Assembly: GCA_963663235.2 (NCBI GenBank)
Contig: CAXXNO010000004.1
Span: 864,001 to 928,000 of the forward strand
Source of the DNA: Dehalococcoidia bacterium
GTDB taxonomy: Bacteria > Chloroflexota > Dehalococcoidia > Bin125
Reading direction: 5' to 3'
DNA length: 64,000 nucleotides
This document shows, piece by piece, positions 62,455 through 64,000 of the stretch. Position numbers and translations under genes: made by a program. Positions within the stretch are counted from its first letter, which is position 1. Each line of letters starts with the position of its first letter. Below the pieces are notes generated by a model that did not search any database, was not told the origin of the DNA, and saw only the letters and a program-made list of their open reading frames with translations.

Positions 62455-62844
62455 TTAGGTCCAATTCAGCGTCCCCCAGCCCTCGACGAGCTGACCGCGG
62501 TCGATGCGGAAGATGCAAACACCGTCGACGGTGACTTCTTTGCCGGTGCCAGCGACACCGTGGAATTCAGCGATGTGCTTGCCGCGGGCGGTGAACTTCG
62601 CGGTCACGCGGTCGCCCTCGGTGGTCAGGTCACCGACGGTGAAGCGGACATCGGCGAAGGCGTCGTTGAAGATGCACCTTTCGACGGGCTCGGCGCCGCC
62701 GGCGTGGCTGTGCTCGACGCCGGGCGGTCCGTGGCAGACGAAGCCGGGTGCGTACAGATCGTTGAGGACGTGCTGGGGGTTGGGGGCGTTGCTGCCTTCG
62801 TGGAAGATGCGTCGGACGAGGGTTTCGTTCTCAGTGGTTGACAT
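62455..62844 (-). CDS. SnoaL-like ester cyclase (NTF2 fold)
   Basis: AFAD..F......EGD.V......G.H..EF.G...TGK.V...G..IFRI..G.LVE.W. Confidence 0.88.
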   Translation of the reverse strand: MSTTENETLVRRIFHEGSNAPNPQHVLNDLYAPGFVCHGPPGVEHSHAGGAEPVERCIFNDAFADVRFTVGDLTTEGDRVTAKFTARGKHIAEFHGVAGTGKEVTVDGVCIFRIDRGQLVEGWGTLNWT

Positions 62845-62897
62845 CGGTCCCTCCCTGCGGCCTTGAGGCATCGGACAGCATAGCGGCCCAGAAGGGC

Positions 62898-62926
62898 TTC
62901 ACGGATGAGAACACGTGTTCTATACT
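62898..62926 (+). promoter_or_regulatory. SOS promoter: TTCACG-N17-TATACT with a LexA box in the spacer
   Basis: Perfect palindrome AGAACACGTGTTCT at 62908-62921, upstream of a DNA-repair radical SAM gene. Confidence 0.85.
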
Positions 62927-62989
62927 GCGGCCCGCCGTGCGGCGGCGAGCGAGGAGGGATGGGGGTCGGGTAGGTGAACGGAGGGGCCG

Positions 62990-63889
62990 ATGGCCGAGGT
63001 CGAGTACCGGGAGATCACATGCAAGTCCGCGCTGAACCGAGTCCAGGGGATGCCGTTCCGCTGGTCGCTGAACCCGTACCGGGGCTGCGTGCACGGGTGC
63101 CATTACTGTTTCGCTCGGTCGACGCACCGGTATCTCGATCTCGGCGCCGGGGCGGACTTCTCGGGGATCGTCTTCGTCAAGACGAACCTCCCGGAGGTGC
63201 TGGCGGGGGAGCTGGGGCGGCGGGGTCGGCGCCGGGAGCAGGTGGCCGTGGGGACGGCGACCGACCCGTACCAAGTGGCGGAGGGGCGCTACCGTCTCAC
63301 GCGGCAGAGCCTGGAGCTGTTCGCGCGCTTCCGCACGCCGGTCTCGATCGTGACGAAAGGCACCATGATTCTGCGCGACATCGACGTCCTGCAAGCGCTC
63401 AGCAAGGGTCCCGGCGTGACCGTCTGCTTCAGCGTTCCCACCGTCGATCGGGAGATCTGGAATCGGACCGAGCCGGGCACGCCGCCACCGGAGCAACGGC
63501 TCAAAGTGATGGAGCGACTGGTGTCCGCGGACATCCATTGCGGCGTGCTGGTCGCGCCGCTGCTGCCGGGCCTTTCGGCGAACCGGGACCAAGTGATCCG
63601 TACGGTCCGCGCGGCGGCCGATCACGGCGCGCGGTTCATCGGATCGAACGTGCTGCACCTGGGCCCCGACGTGCGCGAGCACTTCTTGGGGTTTCTCCAA
63701 GAGGAGTATCCCGATCTGCTGGCGGGCTACCAGCGACTCTACGGGACGAAGCAGGCACCGAAGCGGTACCGGACGCGGGTGGAGGAGCGCGTCCGTGAGG
63801 TGAAGGGCGAGCTGGGCTACGCGGACCAGGATCACCGTCTCATCGAGAGGCCGCCGGAGCCGAAGCAACTGGCGCTGCGGATGCGCTAG
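62990..63889 (+). CDS. SplB-like / Rv2578c-family DNA repair radical SAM protein
   Basis: SLNPYRGCVHGCHYCFA (CxxxCxxC), GTATDPYQ..E, TKG...RD and EPGTP. Confidence 0.92.
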   Translation: MAEVEYREITCKSALNRVQGMPFRWSLNPYRGCVHGCHYCFARSTHRYLDLGAGADFSGIVFVKTNLPEVLAGELGRRGRRREQVAVGTATDPYQVAEGRYRLTRQSLELFARFRTPVSIVTKGTMILRDIDVLQALSKGPGVTVCFSVPTVDREIWNRTEPGTPPPEQRLKVMERLVSADIHCGVLVAPLLPGLSANRDQVIRTVRAAADHGARFIGSNVLHLGPDVREHFLGFLQEEYPDLLAGYQRLYGTKQAPKRYRTRVEERVREVKGELGYADQDHRLIERPPEPKQLALRMR

Positions 63890-64000
63890 CCGTCTGGCGG
63901 GTGGTCCGCCTGATTTGGGGGGAGCCATCCGGCCCGGATGGCGCGGTCGCGGGTGACTCAGCAGCCGGGATCGCCGTAGCGGCCGCAGCAGTTGGTCCGG

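Overview
High-GC (visually ~70%) bacterial chromosomal segment. It is probably Chloroflexota/Dehalococcoidia-like, inferred from AGAAC-N4-GTTCT LexA boxes, F420/LLM-type enzymes and gene content. It carries about 60 genes, mostly metabolic or housekeeping: a CoxMSL-type molybdenum hydroxylase operon with a MoaD-like gene, nhaA, metE, an isocitrate/isopropylmalate-family dehydrogenase, a YhaO/YhaN-type nuclease-ATPase pair, pepN, split purine PurH functions, 2-oxoacid:ferredoxin oxidoreductase alpha/beta, cimA-leuB, tRNA-Pro(CGG) and a LexA-boxed SplB-like radical SAM gene. I saw no integrase, transposase, CRISPR array or recognisable defence island. The least explained signals are: (1) a perfect TATAAT plus LexA box at ~37.0 kb that fires into a 340-bp repeat-rich, hairpin-rich interval with no credible gene; (2) a 17-bp triple repeat at 37.72-37.77 kb that builds a relay of two 6-codon micro-ORFs linking two genes through successive ATGA overlaps; (3) frameshifts at short repeats in a GH113 surface glycosidase and in an output-less REC-5xPAS protein; (4) a lower-GC patch (~49.6-53 kb) with tandem paralogues of an uncharacterised secreted protein, one riddled with indels that may be assembly noise; (5) structured leaders before metE and cimA that match no riboswitch I can recognise. 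I cannot claim a confirmed new system from sequence alone. Start codons were chosen by eye from RBS and motif context.
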